Source of the DNA: Lama guanicoe | Lineage: Eukaryota | DNA: 64,000 nt | Direction of reading: 5' to 3' | Assembly: GCA_013239625.1 (NCBI GenBank) | Contig: MU057350.1 | Location: forward strand, 2,294,001-2,358,000 | Shown: in pieces, positions 26,685 through 39,915 of the stretch | Layout of the letters: every line of letters begins with the position of its first letter | Position numbering within the stretch: position 1 is the first letter of the stretch | The notes under the pieces: generated by a model | The model's database searches: none | Told to the model about the DNA's origin: nothing | Seen by the model: the letters and a program-made list of their open reading frames with translations, nothing else | Made by a program: the position numbers and the translations under genes

Positions 26685-27335
26685 CAAACCCTCGATAATC
26701 CTCAGTGACCCCTGTCTCCTGTATTTAAAGCTGGGTGTTAATGTCCTCCTACAGCGAATAGGGCTGAACTGTGTAATGGGGTATTGTGGACATGATCATG
26801 TATGACTTCCAATTCTAGGTCATAAAAGACACTGTGGTTTCCATCTTGCTATCTTGGATCTGTAGCTCTAAGGGAGCCAGCTTCCATGTCTGAGGATACA
26901 AGTAGTCCTATGGAGAATCCCAGCATTCGGTGAGGATCTGCATCCTTCTGCCAGTAGTCATACGGATGGATCACACTGGGGATGGATTTTTCAGTCCCAA
27001 CCAAGCCTTCACATGACTGCATCCAGGCCGACATCTTGCCTGTAACCTTATGAGAGACCTGGAGGTAGAACAACCTAGTGAAACTGCTCCCACACTCCTG
27101 AACCACACTCCTGAACCACAAAAGCTTGGCAATAATCAAAGCTTATTGTTTGAAGCCACTAGGTTTCTGAGTAATTTGTTATGTAATAGAAAACTTAGCA
27201 CAGGTTTTGGTACCTGGAAATGAGGTGTTGCCACAACAAACATTTAAAAATGTGGGAGTGGCATTCAAATGGGGCGGTTGGAAGAGGCTGTCAGAACTTT
27301 GAGAAGCTTGTTAGTGAAAACCTAAGAAATATTGA
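26685..27335 (+). mobile_element. MaLR MLT1(F-like) LTR (~26685-27200) plus start of internal sequence
   Basis: CTAGGTCATAAAAGACACTGTGG...TTATTGTTTGAAGCCACTAGGTTT...TAATTTGTTATG followed by GGTTTTGGTACC. Confidence 0.7.
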
Positions 27336-27429
27336 AGAGATGATCATGTGACTTTTATCTTTCTGTTCATGTGCTGTATCACAGTACTTGACTTTCATAT
27401 GTTGAGCCATCCATGCATCCCAGGAGTAG

Positions 27430-27614
27430 NNNNNNNNNNNNNNNNNNNNNNNNNNNNNNNNNNNNNNNNNNNNNNNNNNNNNNNNNNNNNNNNNNNNNNN
27501 NNNNNNNNNNNNNNNNNNNNNNNNNNNNNNNNNNNNNNNNNNNNNNNNNNNNNNNNNNNNNNNNNNNNNNNNNNNNNNNNNNNNNNNNNNNNNNNNNNNN
27601 NNNNNNNNNNNNNN
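27430..27614. other. Assembly gap
   Basis: Run of N. Confidence 1.
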
Positions 27615-27699
27615 TATAGTTTTTTTGGGGAAAGTTTAAGAAGGATTGGTATTAATTCTTAATGTTTGGTTTAATTTTTGGTAGATGTTTGGTAGAATT

Positions 27700-28022
27700 A
27701 AATTTCAGTCATGCAAGATGAATAAACTCTAGAGATCTGATGTACAACGTTGTGCCTATAGATAATAATACTATATTATTACTAAAAACCTATGAAGAAA
27801 CAACAAAATGGTAATTAAGTGAGGTGAAGGTTGTGTTAACTAATCTTATTGTGGTAAAAATTTTGCAATATATACTTGAATCAAACCATCACACTATATA
27901 CCTTAAACTTACACAATGTTATATGTCAATTGTTTCCCAATAAAGCTGGGAAATTTTTTTTTAATCTATGAAGACGATACATCTCATGTTAAATGTTCTT
28001 ACCACAATAAATTTCTTAAAAA
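27700..28022 (+). mobile_element. L1 3' end with a second L1 3' end nested in it (~27799-27962)
   Basis: CTAGAGATCTGATGTACAAC...; near-identical AA(C/T)CTATGAAGA at 27787-27798 and 27963-27974 flanks the inner piece. Confidence 0.65.
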
Positions 28023-30629
28023 GTAGAATCAAATCTAAAAAAGAGAAAATTGGGGCTCAGCCCAGTTAAAATTGCCCTCGTAGCAGAGCTGAGATTCTAA
28101 TCTTGGTTCATCTGGCGCCAAAGCTCCCACTCCTCCACTACATCACCGCACTTCCCCTTCAAACAAATATGGGAAACTGGAAGAGGAAAATATCTTTAGA
28201 ATAAGCCATTTGAAACTAAATACAGTATGTTACTCCATAGGAAATTGATTCAAAAAAACACAATGGCAGCCTTTACACGTAAGGTTTTATTTTATCTATA
28301 TATCTATTTATGTACATACATCTAATATATTATATATATTATTTTCTAGATAGCCTATTATATTTTGAAGATTCTTCCCCCTTCACAGTTATAGGTAATA
28401 TATTTAGAAGGATTTCCCCCTTTTCTGTCATGGGGATAGTTATTTAGAAGCTTATTATGAAGAAAGACCTATGCTGAAGAATTGAACAGGCATCAGTGAA
28501 AAAAATTGCAATCAATCAATGCAAAATTTTTAAAAAGTAATATGGACCAAACCCTGTATAGTGAACTTCTTCACACAATTTTTTATTAAACTATTACAAT
28601 ATGTATGTATGGGAGTAATTATATATATAAAAAGAATATCGATGAAATTGTTAGCAAAAGCACGATGACATTTAAGAAGCCTGCCAGTGAGGGTGTAAAG
28701 GAAAGTATTATTGTTCACTGGAGGCAGAAAGTTTAGCAGGAAGATTGAAGGTGTTTTCTCAGAGGATTATTCAGTCAACAATTGAGCTTCTAAGAAAGTT
28801 GGAGGCCATTGTCCCCCAGCAGTCTCAGCAGAAGTCCAAGGCAGAGAGAAACATGTACCTCAAAGAGATTTGCAGCTGTGGGTTTTGACTAACAGAGTAA
28901 ATCTCAGGGAGAGTTGTAGGAGAACTACAAAGTTTATAGAGGACTCTATCAGCAGAAATATTACCAGCTCAGACTGATATCCACTTACTGTTCAAACTTC
29001 CTGATTGTTTCACAAGTTTAATTTCTTCCTATTTGTGGTTTGTGAAGTCAGAAAGATTGAAATCCTGGCTCTTCCATTGACTAACGGTGTGTAAATATCT
29101 GTTAAAGATATTTACCTTTTCTGAGTCTCATAGGATTAAAGAGAGAGTGAGATAATGCAACAAAAACATTTTGTACAGCAGGTACAGAATACATTTCAGC
29201 TTTAAAGATGAATTATTATTGGTTACTTAGGGCTTCTCTGAGGCCACGATCCTGCTTTGGCACTCCCACGAAACCCACGAGGCAGCAGGAGTGTTGCAGA
29301 AGATCAACTCTGTGCTCTCTAAGCAGGAGAGAGAAGGGCAAGCACTTGGGTTCATATTCTCTTACCCACCTGGGCAAATGAGATGTTAATAAAGACACCT
29401 CCAAATTAGAGAGGATGAGTATGGGCTTTCATTGCTTTCTAAAAATCCAAAATTTATCATAAGTTTATTAATATCTACATTATGACTATATATTACAAAT
29501 TGTCAATGAAAATACTAAAAAATATAAAAGAGTATGGAGTAATAAATGAAACCTCTTCTGTCTCCCATTCGCATCCTGGTCCGCAGGAGTAATTATTTTC
29601 AAGTTTCATGTGTGCCCTTCAATAATTTTCTTTTCTGTCTTTGTGTATACAAAGTATCCTGTGATTCTTGAAGAGCATTTGTCATCCAGATTTTTCTCAC
29701 TGAGGAATAATCACTGTGAAATTCTGACGTGTATGTTTTTAGTGTGTCACACACACACAGACATTTCCAAAGTTTTTGAAATGCAAGCTCATAAAGAATT
29801 GAGATGTTTGTAGTCTGGGGTCTTCATTTTAGACCCTGGAGAATTCTTGTAACTGGATATAAGAGCTAGCTCTACATACTACTCCAGTTCATTGGAATTT
29901 GGCTTTTGACTTTAGGAGCTAGGAAGGACGAAACACGACGTTACGTACTAGCTACATTGCGATCAGCAGTGTTTCTAGATCAGAGAAACTGATTTAGATA
30001 ATTCATCTTTCTTGAAACTCAATTTTGGTGACTTCCTCCCTCCCAACCTCCCCTAAGTGGTTCTTTCATTCAGAATAGCCTTTGACAAAAAACAACTCGG
30101 AGAGAACGGGAGAGTTGCCTCAATAAATACAAAAAGCTTATCTTCTGTCTGAAGCTATAATTCTTTCTACCAAAATGAATTGTTGTTGCCAAACTGTTGA
30201 CTTCAGACTCTCTTACTTTTCTGGCATTTTCTTCAGCAGTAGATAGGAACATTTCATGCTGTAAATATTGAATTGTAATTGAAAACACTCTATGGGGGAT
30301 GCTTTAAGATCTTTTTACGTTATAGGTGTTCTTACTTTTGGAAGACTCACCCTGAATCATGGCAAACACATTAAAATGCACTGCCATCTCACGTTAAATA
30401 GATTTTTTTAGGCTGAAAAATACTTAAAAGTATTTTTAACAATTTTGAGTATGCTAAGAATAATTTTGTTCTTACGAGCTATCCTTTTAAAATTGCTCAC
30501 ATATTTTTGTACTCTTTATGAAGCTCGTTGTGACGGTACTATACAATGCATGAGAGAGTCCTGAAGCTGTAATGTTTTCATTTCAGAGTTTCAGTAGGAT
30601 CTTTTCTGTTCTTATGAACAGAGTTTAAC

Positions 30630-30815
30630 ACAATGTTTCTCTACTCTGGCTGTACATTTGAATCACATTCTAACAGACACAAATATCTGTTGGTCAAGTT
30701 TTCCTCCCAGAGATTCTGATTTAATTAATGTAGGCTGGTGCCAGGTACCAGTATTTTTTTCAAAGCTCCCAGACCTAGGAGATTCTAATGTGCAGTCAGA
30801 ATTGAGAACCACTAT
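30630..30815. mobile_element. MER5-like MITE
   Basis: CAATGTTTCTC...GGCTGTACATTTGAATCAC...CCCAGAGATTCTGATTTAATT...TTGAGAACCACT. Confidence 0.65.
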
Positions 30816-31851
30816 TTTAACATTAATAGATAAACTCTCTAATAAATAAAAATAAGTCAATAAAATAATTTAATAAATTACAAAATAAAACTAAAATAAT
30901 AAATATTCAATAAAGCCTCTAGTAAAAATCATGAACAGTATATCCAGTTCATTTGCTTTTGAAAAGTCTGAACTTCTGGTGTTTGCATAGATATGTCATA
31001 ATTACCTTGCTATTAAAAAGTAAACTAATCATTTGCTGAATGAATAGGGATTGCTCAGAAATCTGCCACCTGTACTCAAGCCTTAGTTAACCTCTTACTT
31101 AACTAACCTCTCTGAGCCTTAGTTTCCACACCTATGAAGTGAAGATAATAGCAGTGCCTCAAGGAGCAGACCTCTGGTACTGCAGCGAGTTTCTGGATAC
31201 AGAGTGTGGTGTTAAGCCTCATGGTGTTAAATTTTTCGTAAGACTATGTCATAGCCACATGCTAGAAGGGATTCTGCATTGCCAAGTATGGTTATGGAGA
31301 ATCTTTCCAGTACTTCTTCAAGGTGCAGATAATCAAGACCTTTCTTGGTGGCTAATGACTTGTTGACTGAAGACAGGAGACTGGGTTGAATAATCTCTTA
31401 AGGGATCCTGTAGTTCTATGGGTTCCATCTCATGGGAGGGGCAGCTTCAAGGAGTCAGTTGACATGTTGTCTCATGAGAATTATTGTCAGGAGCAAATCC
31501 AAATATGATGCTGTATTGGTTCCTCATGGTATATGATTATGAGATGAAAGACATTAAATATTTGATATTGGAGATCAGGTCAGGAGGAAGAATATTGAGA
31601 CTTAGGAGGACAGTTTTGGGTCAACACATGAGATTGATTGATTTTTTCAAATATGCTATTCTACAAGTTCTAGAAGTTGAGCCAAAAGATGGTCAGAACT
31701 TCATGATCAGTTTAATATAAGAATAAGCTGGAAAAAACAAATATGTTAGGAAAGAAGAACAGGCAAGATTGAGGGATAACTGGAATTGGAAGGCTGAAAG
31801 ACAAGAAGCAGCTTTTTAGTGACTGTTTTATCAAGAGGGGTATTTTATTGA

Positions 31852-31972
31852 GCAATCTTGCTGGCACCCTGATCTCAGACTTCCAGCCCCCAGCACTGTG
31901 GGAAGTAAATTTCTGTTGTATGCCACCCAGTCTGTGGTTTCTTGTTATAGCAGCCCAAAGGGACTAAGACGC
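31852..31972 (+). mobile_element. MaLR (MLT1/MST-like) LTR 3' end
   Basis: TGCTGGCACCCTGATCTCAGACTTCCAGCC...GTAAATTTCTGTTGT...TTGTTATAGCAGCCC...GACTAAGAC. Confidence 0.75.
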
Positions 31973-32309
31973 TATCCCTGGTAATCGGTGTAGGGATGAG
32001 CAAATGAGATGCAAGGAGATGCTTGCTGAAGACCAAGAATCCTCCTCATTATTTCTCAAGAGCTTCTGGCAAAGAATTTTCTTTTTCTGTGGACAGTGTG
32101 GTGTGAGGATATACAGCCATTTTTTTTTCCTACTATGAGGAGAGCCTGAGGACAGAATTTAGAAAAATCATACAGAAAAATAGCAGGATGACACACTGAG
32201 ATTCTAGATAAAACTACCTGAAACCAGCCCATAATGTACAGCAACATGATCCTATATGTTTAAGCCAGATTGGGTTGGTTTTTCTGTTGCTTACAATCTG
32301 AAGAATCCT

Positions 32310-33340
32310 GGCTATTGCAGGTGGGAAAAGAGTCATTCTGATGGGCAAGGGAGGAGCAGTAAGGATTGAGGAGACTTCTTGGGGCCTGGTTTTGAAGGGA
32401 AGCAGATAGGCAGATATTGGAGTAAAGTACATTCTAAGCAAAGAAAACATATTGAACACAAACCTGGAGATAAGAGGGCATAAAGCATTTTTTGGAAGTG
32501 GCTAGTAGACTGTGTATGGCTGGAATATAGAATATATCTATGGTATACTAGAAGATAAGCTGGAAAAACAGGAAGCAGGCAAAGAATGAAGCCTTGAACA
32601 CCAGGCTTAGAATTTGAGGCTTTATGCTGTGTGCAAATGCCAACTGTCAAAGATAAAGGACAGATGAACCGTGTGTTTTTAGGAAGATAACTTTGGCAGC
32701 AGAATGATGGATGGATTGGAAAATTCCAGGACAAAGGCAAAATGGTCATGAATCAGGGCAGTCTGATGAATGAAGATAGGGGATAGATATGAGAGATGTA
32801 AAGAATGAAGACAGTATTGGATTTGGGTGGGGGAAAAGGGCAGGGGAATAACACGGCTGCCAGGTATGGTGTATAAGCATTTTGAAGGACTCTGCACTTA
32901 AGAAGGCTGCAGGAGGCTGTGTAGGAGTGAAGAGAGAAAGAGTTCAGTTGTGTACACTTTGACTTTAAGAGACCAGGGGAACATACACACAGAGATGTCC
33001 AGGGAGGGCTGGAGTCTGGAGCTAGGGTAGAAATCAGAGCTGGAAAGTGCAACTTTACATGTTTTCCCCATAAGGAAGATGGTTGAAGGCACAAGGGGGA
33101 ATGAGATCTCTGAGAAAGTCATGACAAAGACAAAAAGGGATGATGCCCAAGAATAATTTGGAGATTTCCTACGTTTAGAGTTGAGCAAAGGAGCTTAAGC
33201 CAGTGAAGTGCATTGGCTGGATGAGTAGGTGTGTACAGTGTAACGAGAATCAAGCAAAGACAGATGGGGTGGACCGTGGGATAGATGTGGTGGAGATGCT
33301 GGACAGAGTCAAGATTAAGGAGAAGCTATTATATTTGAAG
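32310..33340 (-). mobile_element. L2 fragment
   Basis: Purine-rich reverse-strand L2 signature (GAGTTCAGTTGTGTACACTTTGACTTTAAGA...GAGATGTCCAGG...GGAGTCTGGAGCT). Confidence 0.6.
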
Positions 33341-34232
33341 AGAGAAGATGGGGGATAGCCTCTCTCTTTCCAGAATTTTTATAATGTCTAATATTTTCGA
33401 TGTGTTGCTTTGTTACTAGACTCATTTTCTCCACATATGGAACTTCTATTTATTTGATGTGGTCAGATGCATGAAATAATTCCCTTATGGTCTTTCATCT
33501 GCCTATAACCAGCCTGACCAATTTCTAGATAATTATCAGTTAGATCCGAAGTTGTATTTTTTTTAAATCTTTAAAAATTTCTCTCTGTGTGCGGTGTTCC
33601 TTGGTGAGCTGTTCCGCTTGGTTTTATTATGTACAGCAAAGCAGTGATGTATTGGAAATGAATGTTCAGAAACATACAGAAAGAGAATTTTTATTTGTGC
33701 CTCAAGGGACTACTCACCAATGTTTTGGAAACCTTAAGACTAAGTTTATATACAAAGAACATAAAACTTTCCTGCTGTCATTGACTGGCTCTCAATGCTG
33801 GTGAAACAACATCATGGGGAAACGCGATCTTGATTCTGTAGAACTGTGAACAGCACTGCAAACTAATACCACTAAATTGGAAGTGGATATATTCTTCTCT
33901 TGAGGGGTGAGTGAGTTATAACAATTCTCTGGAAACAAAAGCATTTGTTTTTGTGCTACTCAGTTCTTTGAAAACTTCATAATCGTTTAGGAGGGGAGAT
34001 GGTATTAATTCACTGGAAAATGGTTACAATCTGCAAAAGACATAGAAGTGAAATTCAAATCACCCACTTATTGTATAACACATGCATATCTTATAAATGC
34101 TCTTTTTCTTTTTCTTGGTTACTCAAATAAGAAAACAAAATTCCAGTCTTAACTGATTAATACATTGAGAACTTTTTCACTCTGTGTCTATGTTGATGTT
34201 GTATAGTTGTATTTATTCCAATAAATTGCTTT

Positions 34233-34436
34233 TTTTCTTAATGACTATGATTTTTTAAATGTAAGGATATGTTTTTCTTTTAAAAAAAGTTTTTAACACT
34301 TTTTTGTTGTGTGTGTGGGGGGGAGGCAATTAGGTTTGTTTGTTTGTTTATTTAATGAAGGTACTGGGGAATGAACCCAGGCAGGACTTTATGCATGCTA
34401 AGCATGCACTCTACCACTGAACTATACCCTCCCCTC
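34233..34436 (-). mobile_element. Vic-1-type camelid tRNA(Ala)-derived SINE with 16-bp TSD
   Basis: Minus strand GGGGAGGGTATAGTTCAGTGGTAGAGTGCATGCTTAGCATGC...GGGTTCATTCCCCAGTACC (A/B boxes); TSD TCCAATAAATTGCTTT at 34217-34232 and 34437-34452. Confidence 0.85.
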
Positions 34437-35579
34437 TCCAATAAATTGCTTTCTGTGAGGATAATTGTGGTGGATATCCAAGAGGCCTGTGGTTCTGAGG
34501 GAAAAAACAGTGAAGAAACAAAGAACAGAAGAAAGGGAAATAATAATTCTAACTTCATCGATGTGTTGAGAGGAGAGGAGGCACAGAGACTGTGCCAGGT
34601 GCTGAGAATACAAAATACATTTGACTTAATTTCTGCTTTTAGGGAGAAACAGTCACATAAGCATAGTCATATTATTATACATGATGTCGTGTAAGTGCTG
34701 TGTGTGTATAGGAAAAGGAAAGTAATTTGCTAGCTCTGTGAACAAAATAGTCCATACTAATTTGTCTAGGATAAAGTTTAAATCCAGTATTGTTCTAGAT
34801 GTATTTATTAAGTGTATGACTATTATTTAAATGTGAATTAAAGAATGATTTGTAAGGTACATTTTACATTTCCAGCACATACGATTTGAAACTTACAGAT
34901 CTTTGCAATAGCTCTATTTAATTAGATGTGTTATAAGTATGTCAAGTACAGAGTACATTTTTATTAAATAAGTACCAACATCATGCATTTCACCATTCTT
35001 ATTATACCTTAACAACTATCCTTCTAAACTCAACTACCTGCTCAGGTAAGATTTAACCTCTGCCTGTTTCTTCTGGGAGGGTCTCAGTTCAAGAAAGCAA
35101 TTGAGTAAAAAACTAAGACATATTACATAGGAAGGACATTAAAGCTGGATAATGAAGGACAAAAAAAAAGTTTTCTAAGAGGCTAAAGGACAAAAAAAAA
35201 ATCTACGGCAGAAAAAAAAAATACCCCCAGTGCCCCCATTGCACATGTGATTATGTGTATAGCAGCAGCTGCTTTTCTGTGAAGGGGTAAAGGTGAAGCT
35301 CCAGTTGGGCTGGGATTCCTGGGGTGGGGTTGAGGGAGAGGGTGATCTAGTTACCTGCCTTGAATTCTGCCCTGATGGTCCGTGGCAGAGTGATTGTCTT
35401 AAGTCACTCTTGGCCTTCCATCCACCTAGGACAATGGAAGCAATCATCAAGGAGAAGCTGAGGAAGCCAGTGGCATCAACTGACTCAGCCTCGTCCCTTG
35501 AAGGAGACCATCCTCAACAAGAAACCGTAAGTGCCTGGAGGGGTCTGTCTCGGATGTCTCGCTCTCTTCTGTTCGGTCC

Positions 35580-35772
35580 TGATTCTACTCCTTCTAGTTG
35601 TGGGACTTTGGAAAAGTTAATTTAAACCTTCAAATCTCATCCCCACTGTCCTGAGATGAAAGTATTGATAGTACCTTCTCCACTGAGTTATTGTGAACAT
35701 TAAAATAAGATAATCCAAGGAAAATACCTGGCACATAGTAAGTGCTTCAAAAATCAGTTTATTATTATTATT
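35580..35772 (+). mobile_element. MIR
   Basis: TTATTGTGAACATTAAAATAAGATAAT...CCTGGCACATAGTAAGTGCTTCAA. Confidence 0.65.
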
Positions 35773-37394
35773 TTAAAAAGCAAAGAATGTCTTGACTTTT
35801 AACAAGTCATTAACTAATGGTGGGAAACTATACATCGATCGTTTGCAAACACATAAAACAATTTTTTTTTTTGCAAGACTTTTAGGAAGGCAAAGGAACA
35901 TTGATGTAAGGATAAACAATTTCTTGTCTTCACCCTTCTTCTTCACTAGGAATCACTAATAGTGCTTGCTGCCCTTATGGGATGTGGTAGGAATGAAGCC
36001 AGAGATGCAGTGAAGCATTCAGAACAGTGCCTGCTCACAGTGTGAGCTTAGTGGTGTTAGCCCTTTGATTAGTTTCTAACATCCTTCTCTGGATTTTCAG
36101 TTGATTATTTAAATTCTCTGCATGCTTTCCACATTTTAAAATTGTTACATTTACCTCTTATGAGATATAACAAAAAACTGTGTGGGCGAGTTGGGGAGAG
36201 CACATAGGCCTATGTATTTATAGTAACCGAGATTTTTCCTGTTCAGGTGGCAAGTAATGAAGGTCTGTTTCATGTATTTTACAAAAAGGATGGGGAGCTT
36301 GATTTATATTTATTAGAATATAAGACTTTATGAATGAAACCAAACACTGATAGAAACATCCAAGGCAAGCCTGACTTTGTGGTAACATAGCCTTTTTCCC
36401 TTGGACATACAAATATGTAAGTTAAAAAGCAGGCACACAAAGAGTAAAATATACATGGGTGTGTAAGGAAGGTGGATAATGAGAGATAAAAGGTACTCAT
36501 AATCTCCCAGCGCACGATAGTCATGAGTACAATGGGCTATGAAATCCAGCCAACATCTGGCGAGGTAGTCAGGGCTCTGGTCAGTTAGAGCATAAACAAA
36601 TGCTGGAAACAAATTAAGTGAAGCAAACAGGAGAAAGTGTCATACAAATTCATAATCAACAAGTGACAATATTTGAAAATATAACAGCTACTAGAAGAGA
36701 GAGTTGCTCTGGATTTGTATTTTTTATTTGTAAAAGTTACACTTTCTTGTTCTGACAAAATGTTATAGAAATAGATGAAGTAAAAAGTGCGAGGTCTCAT
36801 CCACCTGCCTCTCTGCCTCAGGCTTTTCCCAGAGGTAACATCAAGACACCGACAGTGGTTAAGTCAGAGGTGTTATACAAGATCATGCAATACTTTGACT
36901 GTAGTTAATTAAAACAGATTTTTTTAAATCATGGAAAATTTTAAATGTGTAAAAGTAGAGAAAATAGTAAAATGAAACTTTATGGTCATCATCTAGCTTC
37001 CACAATTATTAATCTTTTGCTGGTCTTCATATTTACTTTTTAAGATATAAAGTCCAAAATACTGGTGGTGATGGACCAAAGCTGGCATTGTGGAGTGTAA
37101 TTTGTGCAGTGTGCTTGGTGATAGGAACAATTTATATTCTGTGTGCACAAAGCCTGAAGAAGCAGCTGGAGAAACAGAGCTCTGAGATTAACTTAAATAT
37201 GCCCTGGGTGGAGCTATTGTGAGGATGCTCATTTCTGCCCACACTGCCTTTTTTCCCACCACTGTAACCCTAGTATCTTGTGTAGTGTCTAGCACATAGT
37301 AGGTGATTAGAAACTGCTGCTGAAGAAATGAGCCTTACTTGCCTTTCAGATCTCAGCAGCACGTGCATTGTCGTATAACTAACCTTTGCAGATG

Positions 37395-37625
37395 CTTCCT
37401 AATGTGCGCTGGGTGCTTACTGTGCGCCAGGCGCTTGTGCTCACCAGGTGTTAGGTCATGCTTTATCTGCAGAAACTCGTTTAATTCCTGCCAAATCCCT
37501 ATGAAGAAGGTATTATTATCATCTTTTGCATTTCATAGATACGCAACCAATAAGTTAGTCAAGATCACGTGGATAGTAAAAGGTAGACTTGGGAGGCAAG
37601 CCCAGCCAGTGTGGCCCCTGTGTAC
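37395..37625 (-). mobile_element. MIR
   Basis: GTGCTTACTGTGCGCCAGGC...AACTCGTTTAATTC...CCCTATGAAGAAGGTATTATTATC. Confidence 0.6.
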
Positions 37626-39764
37626 TTAGCACCACTCTTGGCTGCTTCATCCCCCAAATGTGCCTGAATACCACTTATGGGGCACTGAATACTCCTGCGT
37701 ACTTTGATAGGCGGTGATCTTAACCTGTAGTGCCTGAGTAAGTCACACGAATCACTCTTTTGCAGCAGTGCCAGATAATGGGAGGCAGTTGCACATGGAA
37801 TAGACTTAAAAAAAACAACAACAGACTTTGTCATTTTTCATGAACACAAGGCACTTCTAAGTGCTGTGTGGGAGAGAATGTGGTAGACTGATTTCATTGA
37901 GACCCTGCCAAATTCTGGTCTTGTGGCCATCAAAGACGCATCATTTCCTCCAAGACTTCTAAAGGGGGCTATTACCACAGGCCTGCAGGTTCTGGTTTGC
38001 ATTCAGAGGAGACACTATCTTCTTAAGTGAGACGTGGAAGAGGAAGTGTCATGAATTGTAAATAACACTGAGAGAGAATTGTTTGGAGATGGAGATGGAG
38101 AAAAATTGCCTTCTCCAAACCAGTTTCCATCTCCCTCCCCCTTATCCAGCTTTGCCAGAGCCCATCCTGTTTTCCTTACTAAGTTTACTTGCAGGAAAAG
38201 AGGAGTTTCTTTAAGTGTACTTCTGCCCCCTGACAAATAAATACCTTCTAGATTAAATATTAGTGCATCTATACAGCGCAACACCATGCCACTACGAAAA
38301 AGTACGAGATGGAGCCCTAAGGGTTGATACAGAACGATCTGCAAGTTATATTTTAAAGTGAAAAAAGTCAGCACTTGAGCAGTATTTATACCAAGGCTAC
38401 CCTTTGTGAGAAAAGGAGGGTGATATACCCATACCTGTATGTGCATAGAACTTGCTTGGGGAAAAAAGAAAAGGTAAAAATGCTTCCCTCTGCTGAAGAA
38501 AAGACTTTTTATTCAAAACCTTTTCATATAAAAAAATTAAACCATAAATGTTGCATTTCAGAGTCAAAGTCTTTCAATTGCCAACCTGACAAAATAGAAG
38601 AGTAAATACAGTAATATTTTAAAAATACTGGAAGAAAAACAACACTTTGCATTAATGGTGTATTTCAGGAGGAGGAGTTCGGACTAGATGTAGAAATAAA
38701 ACATTTGTACCTCTTCATCTCCCTAAAGGATGGTCTTTTAAGTAAGTTGTCATTAAGAAGCACCTGGAAAGTAAGAGACTGAGGGATCTGGAAGATCCCA
38801 TTTAATGAAGTTGAGGGACATCTGCTGTCACTTCCCAGGTGTAGGGAGAAATGGAGAGGAAAAAAGGGCAAATGTGGTTAGAAGGGAATCCAAGTGTTCC
38901 TCTAAACAGAGCCACGAGTCTGTACCTGCGAAGAGAGTTGGAGGTTTGGTACATAGTGTTCTGGGAGGCCTGGGTCTGGGAGCTTTGCTTCATTGCCTCT
39001 CCTGTGAAGCCCGCCGAGGCAGGCTTCTTTCCCCTGGGCCTGAGGGGATCTTGGCTGGGCTCTGAAAAGGCCCAGGAAGCGTCACGCTAGGGACTCCTGG
39101 TCGATAACTCCGTGGACAAAAGCCCTTTCCCAAGCAGACCCTCTCATACGCCGCGGGTATGCCAGGCCATGGTACCGCCAGCTCTCCGGAGGTCTGAGCT
39201 AGGGTTTTGGTGAAAGCCGGTTAGGGGATCAAATTTAAATGCTTTTGGGGCTAGGCAGGTAACTGAAAAACATTTGAAGGCATCAGGTATAAGAGGAAAC
39301 AGCGGGAACTTTGGAGAACTGGGCAAGTGCATATGCTAACTACAGGCATTCAAATTCAAGTTTTTAAACGACCACTGTGCTGGCCAAACAAAACACTCGT
39401 ACTGGCCGGAGTCACTGCCAGTTTGCGATCCTGCCTTCGTCTCGGCTCAGTATCCGCTTCTCCCTCGTTGCTTCAACCTGCAGCAGATTCTCAGTCTGTC
39501 CCCCGGCCACTTTAGGCGCGCGGGGCGCCGAAGACTGTCCTAAACTTGGGCGCACCTCCTGAGGGCGCAGTGTCCCTCGCGCGCTCCCGCTGTTGCTCCC
39601 CAGTACCTCCAGGTCGTGGGGCAGCAACCGACCGAACCTCTGAGTGGATCAGAACCCCTTACGGGCTACATTTTATTTCCGCCAGCAATGGGGTTGGTGC
39701 CCCGGGGACGTTCTCCCTCGGGCGACTCCGGGCCAGACGCAGTCCAGGGCAAAGCAGGGAGATT

Positions 39765-39915
39765 AGGAGATAATAGTGGGTGTGGGAAGCACCGGATCCA
39801 GGCACCGTACCCGGCTGAGGGGCGGAGCCGACTGCGAAGGGAAGCCCCGCCCCAGCCCCGACCGGCATAGCCCCGCCCCCGCGCTCTAGAGTTTCGGCCC
39901 TGGCTCCCACCCTGC
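39765..39915 (+). promoter_or_regulatory. TATA-less KDR core promoter with Sp1/KLF GC boxes
   Basis: GGGGCGGAG 39819-39827, CCCCGCCCC 39845-39853, CCCCGCCCCC 39871-39880, AGATAA near 39768; no TATA box. Confidence 0.85.

Noticed and set aside
34360-34434. tRNA-Ala-like sequence on minus strand
   Set aside because: It is the head of a SINE (TSDs, A-rich tail, insertion before the B box), not a tRNA gene.
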